A DNA stretch of 39,070 nucleotides from Candidatus Eiseniibacteriota bacterium (GCA_044223005.1 JBGAML010000026.1:1-39070); one strand, 5' to 3'. Counted from the stretch's first letter, positions 26,427-35,864 are shown. A program made the numbers and translations. The notes: generated from the sequence alone by a model not told the origin.

Positions 26427-27602
26427 CTACGGCAGCCGCCGCACCACCATCACGGTGACGTCGTCCTCGAACGGCTTCTTCGGGCTGTGCTCGTCGAGCC
26501 GGTCCATGAGCGCTTCCACCGCCTTCTCGGCCGAGAGCTTGCGCGTGTCCTTGAGCCACTTCTTGAGCTTGCCCATGCCGAACGGCTCGCCCCACGTGGT
26601 GCCGCGCTCGATCACGCCGTCGCTGTAGAGCACCAGCGTCGCGCCGCGGTCGACGTGCGTGTAGCCGAGCTTGAAGTGCGCGTCCGGGTCCGGCCCGAGC
26701 ACCATGCCGCCCACCGAGAGCGCCGAGATGCCGCGCGCGTCGGCGAGCAGCGCGGGCGGGTGGCCGGCGTTCACGTACGCGAAGTTGCCGTTGGTCTCGA
26801 GCTCACCGAAGAACAGCGAGATGAATCGCGACGTGAGCCCGCTGCGGTGGACGACGCGGTTCAACTTCTCGATCGCGGCCACGATCTTCAGGTCGCGCTC
26901 GACCCCCATGCGCAGCCCGATCGCGACGTCGCGTGCCTGCAGCGCCGCGGGCAGGCCGTGCCCGGACGCGTCGGCGACCGCGAGCCCGAGCGTCCCGGGC
27001 GCGACGGGGAGGAAGTCGTAGAGGTCGCCACCCACCGACGATGCCGGGAAGCTCGCCGCGTGCACGTCGAAGCCGGCGAACTCGCAGCGCGAGGGCGGCA
27101 GCAGGCTGAGCTGGATCGCGCGCGCCTGCTCGATCAGGTCGTGCAGCTCGCTCTTTTCCAGGTGCTGGCGCATCGCGAACAGCAGCGACGTGAGCGCCGA
27201 GGCGAACTCGCCGCGCGAGGGGCCCTGGTCGAGCGCGCCACGGGCGGGACCGAACAGTGCGAGCAGCGGGCCGTCCATGCCGCCGACGGCGATCAGGCCG
27301 ACGCGTTCCGAGTGCACGTCGCCGACCCACGGCAGCTCCGCGATCCGGTCGTCGCCGGTGCTCGCGAACCGGCGGGCGAGATCCGGACCGATGTCCGGGC
27401 GCTTGCCGCCGAACGTCTTGGCGGGCGCGAACCCGTCCTTGCGCGGCTCGTAGACGTGCACCGCCGCGAGCCCGAGCGGGCCGCGCAGCGCTTCGAGCAG
27501 CGCGGGCGCGATGCGCATCGCGAACCGATCACGCTGCTTGCTGCGCCCCGCGGAGGCGAAGACCTTTTCGAGACTGCGATAGAAACTCTTGGATTGGATC
27601 AT
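26427..27602 (-). CDS. PP2C/SpoIIE (RsbU-like) serine phosphatase with N-terminal GAF-like region
   Basis: ARAIQLSLLP, VGGDLYD, VADASGHGLPAA, YVNAGHPP, LYSDGVIE, EDDVT. Confidence 0.92.
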   Translation of the reverse strand: MIQSKSFYRSLEKVFASAGRSKQRDRFAMRIAPALLEALRGPLGLAAVHVYEPRKDGFAPAKTFGGKRPDIGPDLARRFASTGDDRIAELPWVGDVHSERVGLIAVGGMDGPLLALFGPARGALDQGPSRGEFASALTSLLFAMRQHLEKSELHDLIEQARAIQLSLLPPSRCEFAGFDVHAASFPASSVGGDLYDFLPVAPGTLGLAVADASGHGLPAALQARDVAIGLRMGVERDLKIVAAIEKLNRVVHRSGLTSRFISLFFGELETNGNFAYVNAGHPPALLADARGISALSVGGMVLGPDPDAHFKLGYTHVDRGATLVLYSDGVIERGTTWGEPFGMGKLKKWLKDTRKLSAEKAVEALMDRLDEHSPKKPFEDDVTVMVVRRLP

Positions 27603-27654
27603 GCCCCCACACTACGCGCCGCGCCCGCGTGTGGGAAGCCCCGCGGCGGCCGCG

Positions 27655-29568
27655 TCAACCGCGGGCGGCGACGGTGATCGTCGTGCGGGCGCGCGGTCCG
27701 GCGAACGCGGCCACCAGCCGCTGCGCAGGCACGCGCTGCGAGAACCGCGGCGCGTGGCCGGAAGCTTCCACGCTCCAGGGCGCGAGGCCCTCGGCGGCGA
27801 ACGTGGCGGCGGAGTCGCCGCACTCGACGATCGCTCGCCCCTCCTCGAACCGGACGTTCGCGCCCGGGGCGAGCGGGAATGCGATCCGCGGGTCGGTGCC
27901 CTCGACGGTGTCCTCGATCGCGACGTTGGCGCCGATCACGTCCACTCGGCGCACGTGCGACTCGCCGCTCCACCAGCGGCAGCGCCACGCCTCGCCCGCG
28001 CGCGTCGTCTCGGCGCGGCGGCCCCAGAGGAACGCGCCGAGCATCTCCGACTGCGAACGGCCGCCGAAGCTCACGGTCGCGTGCGCGGGCGTGCCGCGCG
28101 ATTCGGTGCGGGCGGCCTCGTCCTCGTGGTAGGCGAGCGTGCCCGGGTCCACCACCAGGCCGTCGGCGCCGCGCCACACCGTGACGGCCAGCGCGTCGGC
28201 GTGCCCGTGCGCGGCGATCGCGCCGAGCCCGAGCGGGCCGTGGTCGAACACCACGCGCAGGTCCCGCACGCGGTCGCGCCACACCGTCCAGCCACCGTCG
28301 GCGAAGTCGTGCCGCCCGTCGGCCGCGCCGCGCGGCGTCGTCGGCCGCAGGCCCAGCACGCGCGCGTAGAGCGACGGCTCGGCCGAGAGCGCGTCCACCC
28401 CGAGCCACGCGGCGAGCGCGTTGCCGACCAGGTCGAGCCGCGGCGCGTCGTGGCCCGCGAGCAGGATGCGGCCGTCGTCCTCGTCGCCGACCTGCGGCGC
28501 GCGCCCGTCGGGTCCGCGCAGCACGCGCGCGACCTCGAGCGACGCGGCGAGGCGTTCGCGCACGGCCGCCGAGGGCTCGATCCCCGCGGCGTCCGCGGCG
28601 CGCAACCCGAGCAGCGTCATCTCCCACACGAACGGCAGGTAGCCGAACGCCTGCTCGGCGTTGACGCCGTCGGCGTGGAACTGCGCGAGCACCTCGCGTT
28701 CGAGCCCCGCGGCGCCCGCGCGCGCGAGCGCGTCCGCGCCGCGCAGGGAAGGCCACAGCGAGCCCATCACGGCCATCGCCATGTACTCGGAGAGGAGATG
28801 GTTGTTCGCGCTCGATCCCAGGCTCAGGTGATCGCGGCACCACAGGGCCTGCTGCGCGGCGAGTGCGAGCGTCGGTTCGAGCAGCTCGTCGAGCGCCGCG
28901 GGCTCGCGCGCGCCGAGCAGCGCGAGTGTCGCGCTCGTGGTCGCGACGCGGAGCGCCATCTCGATCCCGCTCGTGTGGTGGATGCCGTGGCCGAGCGGGT
29001 TGCGTGCGTTCCACTGCGCGAGCAGCGCCCGCGCGCGTGCGCCGGCCGCGCTGTCGCCGAGCCTCGCCGCGAGCGCGAGGTCGGGCAGGAACGTGAGCCG
29101 GCCCAGCTCGCCCACGAACTTGGCGCCGCCGGTGTCGCCGGCGTCGCGATAGTCGATCGCGCGGCTGGGCGCGTCGGGCCAGCGCGCGCCCGTGATCGGG
29201 TTCGCGTTCCAGTCGACCGGGTCGCCGAGCCGGACCGCATGGCCGAAGAGCGACCACTCGCCACGGACCAGCGCGCCCGCGAGCGCGCGCACCGCGGCGG
29301 CGTCGGGCTCCGGCAGCGTCTCGGCTCCGGGCAGCCAGCGCGCGGCGCGCTCGAGGTCGTGCGCGTGGCGCGCGTGCGGCGAGCCCGCACCGGCGCCCGC
29401 GAACAGTTTCCGCGGCGCGGGAAAGAGCGCGTGGTAGGCGCCGGCGGGCGAGAGCCGCGTCCAGCCCGGCGCGAGGAAGCGGTCGCGGAGCGCGATCCGG
29501 CCGCGATGCGCGATCTCGGCTGCGGACATCGCGCGCAGGCGGCGCAGGAGCCAGGCCGGCGAGCTCAC
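27655..29568 (-). CDS. Heparinase II/III-family (alginate-lyase-like fold) protein, no signal peptide
   Basis: AKFVGELGR, EMALR, SSANNHLLSE, QFHADG..AEQAFGY, PQVGDEDDG, AHGHADAL, LVVDPGTLAY, AHATV. Confidence 0.82.
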   Translation of the reverse strand: MSSPAWLLRRLRAMSAAEIAHRGRIALRDRFLAPGWTRLSPAGAYHALFPAPRKLFAGAGAGSPHARHAHDLERAARWLPGAETLPEPDAAAVRALAGALVRGEWSLFGHAVRLGDPVDWNANPITGARWPDAPSRAIDYRDAGDTGGAKFVGELGRLTFLPDLALAARLGDSAAGARARALLAQWNARNPLGHGIHHTSGIEMALRVATTSATLALLGAREPAALDELLEPTLALAAQQALWCRDHLSLGSSANNHLLSEYMAMAVMGSLWPSLRGADALARAGAAGLEREVLAQFHADGVNAEQAFGYLPFVWEMTLLGLRAADAAGIEPSAAVRERLAASLEVARVLRGPDGRAPQVGDEDDGRILLAGHDAPRLDLVGNALAAWLGVDALSAEPSLYARVLGLRPTTPRGAADGRHDFADGGWTVWRDRVRDLRVVFDHGPLGLGAIAAHGHADALAVTVWRGADGLVVDPGTLAYHEDEAARTESRGTPAHATVSFGGRSQSEMLGAFLWGRRAETTRAGEAWRCRWWSGESHVRRVDVIGANVAIEDTVEGTDPRIAFPLAPGANVRFEEGRAIVECGDSAATFAAEGLAPWSVEASGHAPRFSQRVPAQRLVAAFAGPRARTTITVAARG

Positions 29569-29713
29569 GCGCGCGTTCCCCGGGCGTGCGGTCCGGTCGT
29601 CGCGGGGAGAATACCGCCGGTGCGGCGGAAGCGGGGATCTGCGTCGCGGCCCATGCGTGCTGCGTACACTACCGCGCGTCCCGCGGGTCCCGCGAATCGG
29701 CGCCGCGTCGCCG

Positions 29714-30610
29714 TCATGTCGACGATTCCGGCGGGGAGGCCGCCTCGTGCATCGCCTGCCACGCGAACTTCACGTTCGAGCGATGGACGTCGAGCATGTC
29801 GTAGGCCGCGCCCTTGCCGAGGTAGTCCATGCCCGCGAGCTCGGCCTGCGTGTCGTCCAGCGACAGGCCCTGCGCGAAGGCGTCGTGCACGCCCTGCTCG
29901 AGGTGCAGCAGGTAGTCGATGTCGCGGAGCACGCGCCGGTAGCCGTCGAGCCGGCCCCGCGCGACGCTGCCGTGCCCGGGCACGAGCGCGCGCACGTCCT
30001 CCTGCTCGAAGATCCAGTGCAGCGCCGTGAGCGAGCGGCGGTAGACCCACGGCGGACCGTCGAGCCACGGGATCTCGAGGTCCGAGAGCGTGTCGCCCGA
30101 CACCAGCAGGCCCTCGCGCGGCAGGAAGAGCGCGATCTGGCTCGCGCAGTGCCCGGGAATCTCGTACGCGACCATCTCGAACGGGCCACACTCGACGCGC
30201 GCCGTGCCGCGCACGGCGAGCCTCGGCGCGAAGGGCCGGAAGGGGCGGGGCCACGGCTCGCCGGCGCCCTCGATCCACTTCTTCGCTTCCCGTTCGATCG
30301 TCTCGGCGTCGCGCTCGGCCTCGTCGGCGAAGCCGACGTGCGCGAGCGTGGTGGCGGCCGGGAACCAGTCTCGTCCGAGCACGTGATCCCAGTGGGGGTG
30401 CGTGAACGCCACCGTGACCTGTTCGAACCGCGGGGCGAACGCCGCGACGCGGTCGGCGATCTCGGTCATCTCGGACGGCAGCACGCCGGGATCCACCACC
30501 AGCGCGTGGTCGCCGTGTTCCACGACGACGCTGTTCATCCAGTACGCCCGGCTCTGCCGGACGTGCACGCCGGGAAGGGGTTCGGACCAGGGACTCGCGG
30601 GAGCGCTCAT
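29714..30610 (-). CDS. Metallo-beta-lactamase-fold hydrolase
   Basis: LVVDPG, THPHWDH (HxHxDH), PGH, SGD, VPGHG. Confidence 0.9.
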   Translation of the reverse strand: MSAPASPWSEPLPGVHVRQSRAYWMNSVVVEHGDHALVVDPGVLPSEMTEIADRVAAFAPRFEQVTVAFTHPHWDHVLGRDWFPAATTLAHVGFADEAERDAETIEREAKKWIEGAGEPWPRPFRPFAPRLAVRGTARVECGPFEMVAYEIPGHCASQIALFLPREGLLVSGDTLSDLEIPWLDGPPWVYRRSLTALHWIFEQEDVRALVPGHGSVARGRLDGYRRVLRDIDYLLHLEQGVHDAFAQGLSLDDTQAELAGMDYLGKGAAYDMLDVHRSNVKFAWQAMHEAASPPESST

Positions 30611-30688
30611 GCCCGCAGGGTAACGCACTCTCGCGACCGCGCGCCCGGCGGAGGCGCAGGGGCCTCCGCCGGACGCCGCAGACGTGCG

Positions 30689-31336
30689 CTATTTCCCGAG
30701 CGGGAGCGTCAGGCCCACCGTCATCGACACGTCGTGCTGCACCGCGCGCGAGAAGCCGGGCGTGCCCGCATCGTCGTCGACCTCGATGCCGGGCCCGTGC
30801 ATGCGGTCCGTGCCGTCGATCTGCAGCGCCACCGCGTCCCGGAGCATCCACGACGCGCCGAGCCCGGCGATCACGGAGAGCCGCGTCCGGGCGTGGAGGC
30901 CGGAGTTGCCGCTCGACCGGATGAGGTCCGCGAACGAGCCGCGCAACCGGTACGCGCCGACGCCGGCGAGCAGTTCCCACTTCACGGGTCCCGGATCGCG
31001 GGCGATCCCCCAGCGGGCGATGGCGTCGGTGTTCACGAACGCCTCGTCGAGATCGACGTAGTCGTTCGAGATGAGGTTCATCTGGTTCCGGCCGTAGCCC
31101 ACCGTCGCGTCGAACGCGAGCCGGGACGAATGCCGCCAGCGGAGTGCCGCGCCGAGGCTCGTTCCCGGCTCCAGCTGGACGATGATCGGCGCACTGGTGC
31201 TGAAGGCGAGCCGGGTGGCAGGAATGTAGGGGCCGAGTTCGGGCGTGAGCGACCAGCGGCCCGCGTGCGCGGGCCGTGCCGGGATTCCGGCGGCGAGGGC
31301 GAGTGCGGCGACGAACACGAATGCTGCACGGAACAT
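30689..31336 (-). CDS. Probable small outer-membrane beta-barrel protein
   Basis: ATG after GAGGAGG, signal peptide ends AHA. Alternating amphipathic strands (LAFDATVGY, LLAGVGAY, AGLGASW, VSMTVGLTL). Confidence 0.65.
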   Translation of the reverse strand: MFRAAFVFVAALALAAGIPARPAHAGRWSLTPELGPYIPATRLAFSTSAPIIVQLEPGTSLGAALRWRHSSRLAFDATVGYGRNQMNLISNDYVDLDEAFVNTDAIARWGIARDPGPVKWELLAGVGAYRLRGSFADLIRSSGNSGLHARTRLSVIAGLGASWMLRDAVALQIDGTDRMHGPGIEVDDDAGTPGFSRAVQHDVSMTVGLTLPLGK

Positions 31337-31497
31337 GAAGCCTCCTCGGCGGGGATGGATCCGCACGCGGCCACGAGCGAGTGCGCGGGGATGCGACACT
31401 CGGGTCCGCATCCTACGCAGCGAGGCCCGCCGAATGGGCTCCACGTGCGACCCGGGACGCAGAGCGCATGATCGGGTGCAGCGTCGCTGAACGCGGA

Positions 31498-31529
31498 AAG
31501 GCCCCGGCGGAACGTTCCGCCGGGGCCTT
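31498..31529 (-). terminator. Intrinsic terminator downstream of the BMP lipoprotein gene
   Basis: Perfect palindrome AAGGCCCCGGCGGAACGTTCCGCCGGGGCCTT 20 nt after the stop, with a short U tract on the minus strand. Confidence 0.7.
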
Positions 31530-31549
31530 CACGTGCGTTCGCGTCGCGA

Positions 31550-32593
31550 TCAGGGCTTCGTCGGCACCACGATCTTGCCCGCGATGATGTCGGCCTGCAG
31601 CGCGTCGACGCGCGCCTTCACCGCGTCGGGGATCAGCGCCTTGTTGTTGTCGTCGTAGACCCACTTCACGCCGTTCTCGGCCAGCCCGAGGTGCTGCACG
31701 CCGCCCTGGAAGTGGTTCTCCTTCACGGCGCGGATCGTCTCGTACACGGCGGTGTCGACTCGCTTCACCATCGAGGTGAGGATGAAGCCGGGCGCTTCGT
31801 GGAACTGGTCGGAGTCGACGCCGATGGCGAGCATGTGCAGTTCGCGCGCGGCCTCGAACACGCCGAGGCCCGTCGAGCCGGAGGCGTGGAAGATGATGTC
31901 GGCGCCCGCGTGGTACTCGGCCAGTGCGAGCTCCTTGCCCTTGGTCGGGTCCTTGAAGGCCGCGCCGGTGTTGCCCGCGTACTTCACGAGCACCTCGCAC
32001 TTGGGGTCCACCGCGTGCACGCCCGCCACGAAGCCGGCCTGGAACTTCTGGATGAGCGGGATCTCCATGCCGCCCACGAAGCCGACCTTGTGCGTCTTGG
32101 ACATCAGCGCCGCGAGCGCGCCCACGAGGAAGCTGCCTTCCTCTTCCTTGAACGTCAGCGCCACGAGGTTGGGCGGCAGCGAGTCGCCGGGGTTCACGGT
32201 GAAATCGACGCACGCGAACTTCTTGTCCGGGAATTCCTTCGCGAGCGCCTTCACGTCGTCCGAGAACAGGAAGCCGACGCCGAACACGATCTGCGCGGGG
32301 CCGGCGGCGAGCTGGCGCAACTGCGCTTCGCGATCGGCGCCCTCGCTGGTCTCGAGCGTGGTGAACTGCGCGCCGAGGAACTTCTGTGCGCTGTCGAGGC
32401 CGGCGTAGGCGGCGTCGTTGAACGACTTGTCCCCGCGGCCGCCGACGTCGAACACGAGTCCGACCTGGACCGGGGCCCCTTCGCCTCCTGCGGCGGGCGC
32501 CTTCGTGCCGGTGTCGGAGGCCTTACCGCACCCGGCGGCGAGGACGGGAAGGGCGAGCAGCGCGAGTGCGACGAGCAGGTTTCGCGATCTCAT
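31550..32593 (-). CDS. BMP-family ABC transporter substrate-binding lipoprotein (nucleoside-binding, PnrA/Med-like)
   Basis: Lipobox [57 protein letters not shown]. Confidence 0.93.
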   Translation of the reverse strand: MRSRNLLVALALLALPVLAAGCGKASDTGTKAPAAGGEGAPVQVGLVFDVGGRGDKSFNDAAYAGLDSAQKFLGAQFTTLETSEGADREAQLRQLAAGPAQIVFGVGFLFSDDVKALAKEFPDKKFACVDFTVNPGDSLPPNLVALTFKEEEGSFLVGALAALMSKTHKVGFVGGMEIPLIQKFQAGFVAGVHAVDPKCEVLVKYAGNTGAAFKDPTKGKELALAEYHAGADIIFHASGSTGLGVFEAARELHMLAIGVDSDQFHEAPGFILTSMVKRVDTAVYETIRAVKENHFQGGVQHLGLAENGVKWVYDDNNKALIPDAVKARVDALQADIIAGKIVVPTKP

Positions 32594-33203
32594 GGGATTC
32601 CTCGGGGAACTGGTGCACGGGCGCGGCGGCCTTGGCGCGCTGGCCCAGGTCGAAGCAACGGCGGCAGCGCGCTTCGTAGAGATCGGCTCCGCCCACGACC
32701 ACGCGACCGCCCTTGGCGACCTTGCGGTAGGTACGGTTGGCCGGCGCGCCGCACACCATGCAGATGGCGAGCGTCTTGGTGATGTACTCCGCGATGGCGA
32801 GCAATTGCGGCATGGGCTCGAACGGCTGGCCCATGTAGTCCTGGTCGAGACCGGCGACGATCACGCGCTTGCCCTGCCGCGCGAGCCGTTCGCAGACGTC
32901 CACGAGCGCGGGCCCGAGGAACTGGCCCTCGTCGATCCCGATCACCTGCGCTTCGTGCGCCCAGCGCAGGATGTCCTTGGCGGTCTTGATCGAACGCGAC
33001 GGGATCCGCAGTTCGCTGTGCGAGACGATGTGGTCGCGCGCGTAGCGGTCGTCGATCACGGGCTTGAAGATCTCGACGCGCTGGCGGGCGATCTGCGCGC
33101 GGCGCAGGCGGCGGATCAGCTCCTCCGTCTTGCCGCTGTACATGCTGCCGACGATGACTTCGAGCCAGCCGGAGCCGGCGCGGGGCGGAATGTGTTCGTC
33201 CAT
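32523..33203 (-). CDS. tdk: Thymidine kinase
   Basis: [30 protein letters not shown], Zn-binding CMVC...CRRC. The 3' end overlaps the BMP start by 71 nt. Confidence 0.95.
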   Translation of the reverse strand: MDEHIPPRAGSGWLEVIVGSMYSGKTEELIRRLRRAQIARQRVEIFKPVIDDRYARDHIVSHSELRIPSRSIKTAKDILRWAHEAQVIGIDEGQFLGPALVDVCERLARQGKRVIVAGLDQDYMGQPFEPMPQLLAIAEYITKTLAICMVCGAPANRTYRKVAKGGRVVVGGADLYEARCRRCFDLGQRAKAAAPVHQFPEESHEIAKPARRTRAARPSRPRRRVR

Positions 33204-33388
33204 AAGGACGTGCAGGCTATCCCGCGGGTTCCGGGTGCCGCAAGCGCGCCGGGCCCGCACGGGCGGCGGCGATCGCGCGCCGGCCGATGACGGCGCGAAA
33301 CCCGCGACTTCCGCGCGCATCTGACGCTGTGACCCCGGGTCGCCGAATCGCGGGCGGCCCGCCACCCGAAAGTTCTCGAGGAGATCCC

Positions 33389-33904
33389 GTGGGCATCCTG
33401 GTCATCGTGTTGCGTGCACTCCACATCGTCGGCGGCGTGTTCTGGGCCGGTGCGACGATCATGCTCTATGGCTTCGTGCTGCCCTCGGTCGCGGCGACGC
33501 GCCCGGACAGCAACCGGTTCGTGCAGTACTTCGCGAACTCGAGCGGCTACACGCGCTGGGTGACGATCGCGTCGATCGCGGCGCTCGTGGGCGGCCTGGC
33601 GCTGTTCGCGCCGGTGACGGGCTCGCTGGACCGCGACGTGATGCGTTCGGCCCGCGGCATCGCGCTCTCGCTGGGCGCGCTGCTCGGCATCGGCGCCTTC
33701 GTCGAGGGCCAGATGATCCTCGCACCGACCGGTCGCCGCATCGGCGCGATCGGCCGCGACATCGCCGCCGCCGGCGGCACGCCGACGCCCGCGCAGGCGC
33801 AGGAGCTCATCTCACTGCAGGCCAAGCTGACGCGCGCAGGCAACCGCGGCGCGTGGATGCTCGGCATCACGGTCGTCCTGATGGCGGTGGCACGGTACCT
33901 GTAG
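33389..33904 (+). CDS. Four-TM membrane protein of unknown function (CopD/DUF2269-like)
   Basis: GTG after [20 protein letters not shown] motif and four hydrophobic helices. Confidence 0.75.
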   Translation: MGILVIVLRALHIVGGVFWAGATIMLYGFVLPSVAATRPDSNRFVQYFANSSGYTRWVTIASIAALVGGLALFAPVTGSLDRDVMRSARGIALSLGALLGIGAFVEGQMILAPTGRRIGAIGRDIAAAGGTPTPAQAQELISLQAKLTRAGNRGAWMLGITVVLMAVARYL

Positions 33905-33986
33905 CGCGGCGCGTTCTCGTTTCGGTCGCGCTCTGCCGTGTGCTCGTGGTGCTCTCCGTGGCGTCGTGTCGCTCGTTCGTCGCGTG

Positions 33987-34163
33987 TCGGGAGCGCTTCG
34001 TCGTCCGCCCCACCGCTTCGAGGGCGTGGTACCGCGAAAGAGGGGACGTTCGGCTCGGGCATCCTGCCCTCACCTCACTAGCGCTCCGCTCGCTCCGCCA
34101 TCCCTGGCTCCCGCTCGCTGCGCGACTCCCCTCTTTCGCGGTACCACGCCCTCGAAGCTCCGC
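33987..34163 (+). repeat. Structured repeat, copy A (perfect 32-bp stem enclosing two small hairpins)
   Basis: Arms 34015-34046 and 34127-34158 are exact reverse complements. Inner GGGCA-TCC-TGCCC (34057-34069) and GCCA-TCCC-TGGC (34097-34108). Confidence 0.85.
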
Positions 34164-34263
34164 CCCCCCCACGCAGGCGGAATCGGAAGCGCCGGGCATG
34201 CGCCTCGATGCTCGAATCCCGCTCGGCTCTCGCTCCGCTCCCAGCCGTTTCGCCTCTGGGGGC

Positions 34264-34445
34264 GGCGGAGCTCGGTGAGTGGGATACCTCGGAGGAGGGG
34301 AGTCGCGGAGCGAGCGAAGCCAGGGATGGCGAGAGCGAGTGGAGCGCCTAGCGCAGTGAGGGCAGGATGCCCGAGCGGAGCGTACCCTCCTCCGAGGTAT
34401 CCCACTCGCCGAGCGGTGGGGCGGAAAGACGTACCGCTCCCGAAC
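34264..34445 (-). repeat. Structured repeat, copy B, inverted relative to copy A
   Basis: Arms 34270-34301 and 34383-34414 are 30/32 complementary. Same inner hairpins and TCCGCCCCACCGC flank as copy A, on the minus strand. Confidence 0.85.
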
Positions 34446-34536
34446 GCAACGAGCCACCCCCGAAGCAGCACGGCAGAGCGGTGAAAGAGGCCGGGACCCG
34501 CTCAAATGCCGGGAAATGCGCATGTTGCGGGACCCC

Positions 34537-34563
34537 TCAAGTTCTGGCGGGCTGCGCCGAGAC
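34537..34563 (+). promoter_or_regulatory. Putative sigma-28 (FliA/WhiG-type) promoter
   Basis: TCAAGTTC-N11-GCCGAGAC versus the consensus TAAAGTTT-N11-GCCGATAA, with the same spacing. Confidence 0.55.
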
Positions 34564-34650
34564 TGCGAGGCGCCCGGAACCACGTCTCTGGCGCGGGCCG
34601 GGAGAGTGAGCAACCAGAGGGGAGATGGCCATCCCGAGGGGAGACCGAAG

Positions 34651-34839
34651 ATGGGCGAGGTCGGAAGCATCACGAGCACGACCCAGGCGGTCTACACCGG
34701 CATCGCGGCGCGCAAGGTCCAGTCGGCCTTCCACAGCGCGTCGACTCGCGACGCGGACGGGGACGGAGACCGTTCGCCGCCGGGAACGAAGGGGATGAAC
34801 GCGCCCGCGAAGGGTGGACTGGTCGACGTCTACGCCTGA
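34651..34839 (+). CDS. Small 62-aa protein ending KGGLVDVYA (YjfB/FlxA-like C-terminus)
   Basis: ATG 34651 after GAGGGG. Contains DADGDGD and a terminal G.LVDVYA*. Lies downstream of the sigma-28-like promoter. Confidence 0.6.
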   Translation: MGEVGSITSTTQAVYTGIAARKVQSAFHSASTRDADGDGDRSPPGTKGMNAPAKGGLVDVYA

Positions 34840-35111
34840 GCGGATCGCAGGCCCGAGGGCCGCGGCGCACGCGCGCCGCGGCCCCGGCGTTTACGGGCGA
34901 AGGCCCGCGTTCGTGCTTCCGCGGGAACTCCGCGCGCGTTCGGGCGTCCTTACCCATGCATGGCGTCGCCGCGGCTGGCTGGCGCCGCCCCTCGACCGGG
35001 TGCAGGCGCGTGAGCCTTCTCGCGCGCCCCCGCGGCACGCCGTGCACGATCGCGCCGCGCGATCCGCTGCGGCCCCGGACGCCGGGACCTTCCCGAACGG
35101 AGAGAGCACCG

Positions 35112-35864
35112 ATGACGATCCGCTTCCACGCCCGGCTTCTCGCCGGTGCACTGCTGACCGTGTGCGCGCTCGCGGCGCACGTGGCCCTCGCCGCCGACGG
35201 TGCGGACCGCGCGCCCGCGCCCGCCGCCGCGCTCGCCGCGGGCGGCCACGCGTCGCTCGAAGGCATCTGGATGTTCGACGCCGCGCACTCCGACGATCCG
35301 ATGAAGATCATGCAGGCGAGCCGGCCGCAGGGCATGGCGGGCCGCGGCGGGCCCGGTGGCGGTGGCATGGGTGGTGGCATGGGCGGCGGCGGCCTCGGTG
35401 GCGGGCCGCGTGGCGGCGGCTTCGGGCAGCGTGAAGCGCCGGGCGAGAACGGCGAGGGGCCCGTGGACACCAGCGATCCCGAAGGCCGCGCGCAGATGCG
35501 CCAGCGCCAGGCGGGGCAGCAGGCCATGGGGCGCGTGATGCGCCCGGCGAAGAAGGTCGTGATCGCGCTCCTCGCCGACGAAGTCACGGTCGCCGAAGAC
35601 GAGCGCGAAGCGCGTCCGTACGCGCTCGCCGACAGCCTCTCGGCGCACGGGCGCGATCTCGTGACCGAGTACACGAAGGCGAAGTGGAAGGGCGGCAAGC
35701 TCGAGATGTCGCAGGAACTCGGCCGTCGCGGGACGCTGGTCGAGACCTACGAGCTCTCGCCGGACGGCCGCACGCTGACGATCCGCGCGCGCCGCGAGGG
35801 CGGTCCCGAGGGCATGCCCAACCCGACCTTCACGCGCGTCTACACGCGCTACGACGGCGAGTAG
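35112..35864 (+). CDS. Secreted hypothetical protein with a Gly-rich insert and beta-rich C-terminal region
   Basis: Signal peptide ends VALA. LEGIWMFD..HSD, a GGPGGGGMGGGMGGGG tract, and AKWKGGKL..ETYELSPDGRTLTI..RVY. Confidence 0.75.
   Translation: MTIRFHARLLAGALLTVCALAAHVALAADGADRAPAPAAALAAGGHASLEGIWMFDAAHSDDPMKIMQASRPQGMAGRGGPGGGGMGGGMGGGGLGGGPRGGGFGQREAPGENGEGPVDTSDPEGRAQMRQRQAGQQAMGRVMRPAKKVVIALLADEVTVAEDEREARPYALADSLSAHGRDLVTEYTKAKWKGGKLEMSQELGRRGTLVETYELSPDGRTLTIRARREGGPEGMPNPTFTRVYTRYDGE

Noticed and set aside
29714..30610. MBL-fold gene as an antibiotic-resistance beta-lactamase
   Set aside because: It has no signal peptide and only generic fold motifs, so the substrate cannot be inferred.
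34211..34243. CTCGAATCCC resembling a tRNA T-loop (also ATTCGACCC near 38297 and 38334)
   Set aside because: I could not build an acceptor, D or anticodon arm around any of them.
33987..34445. Repeats considered as a CRISPR array
   Set aside because: The copies are inverted and about 180 bp long, there is no repeat-spacer periodicity, and no cas genes are present.
33853..34679. Several ORFs across the repeat block
   Set aside because: They have no RBS or motif support and are translations of palindromic non-coding repeats.
35339..35426. GGC/GGT-rich tandem-like tract
   Set aside because: It simply encodes the Gly-rich linker of the 35112..35864 protein.
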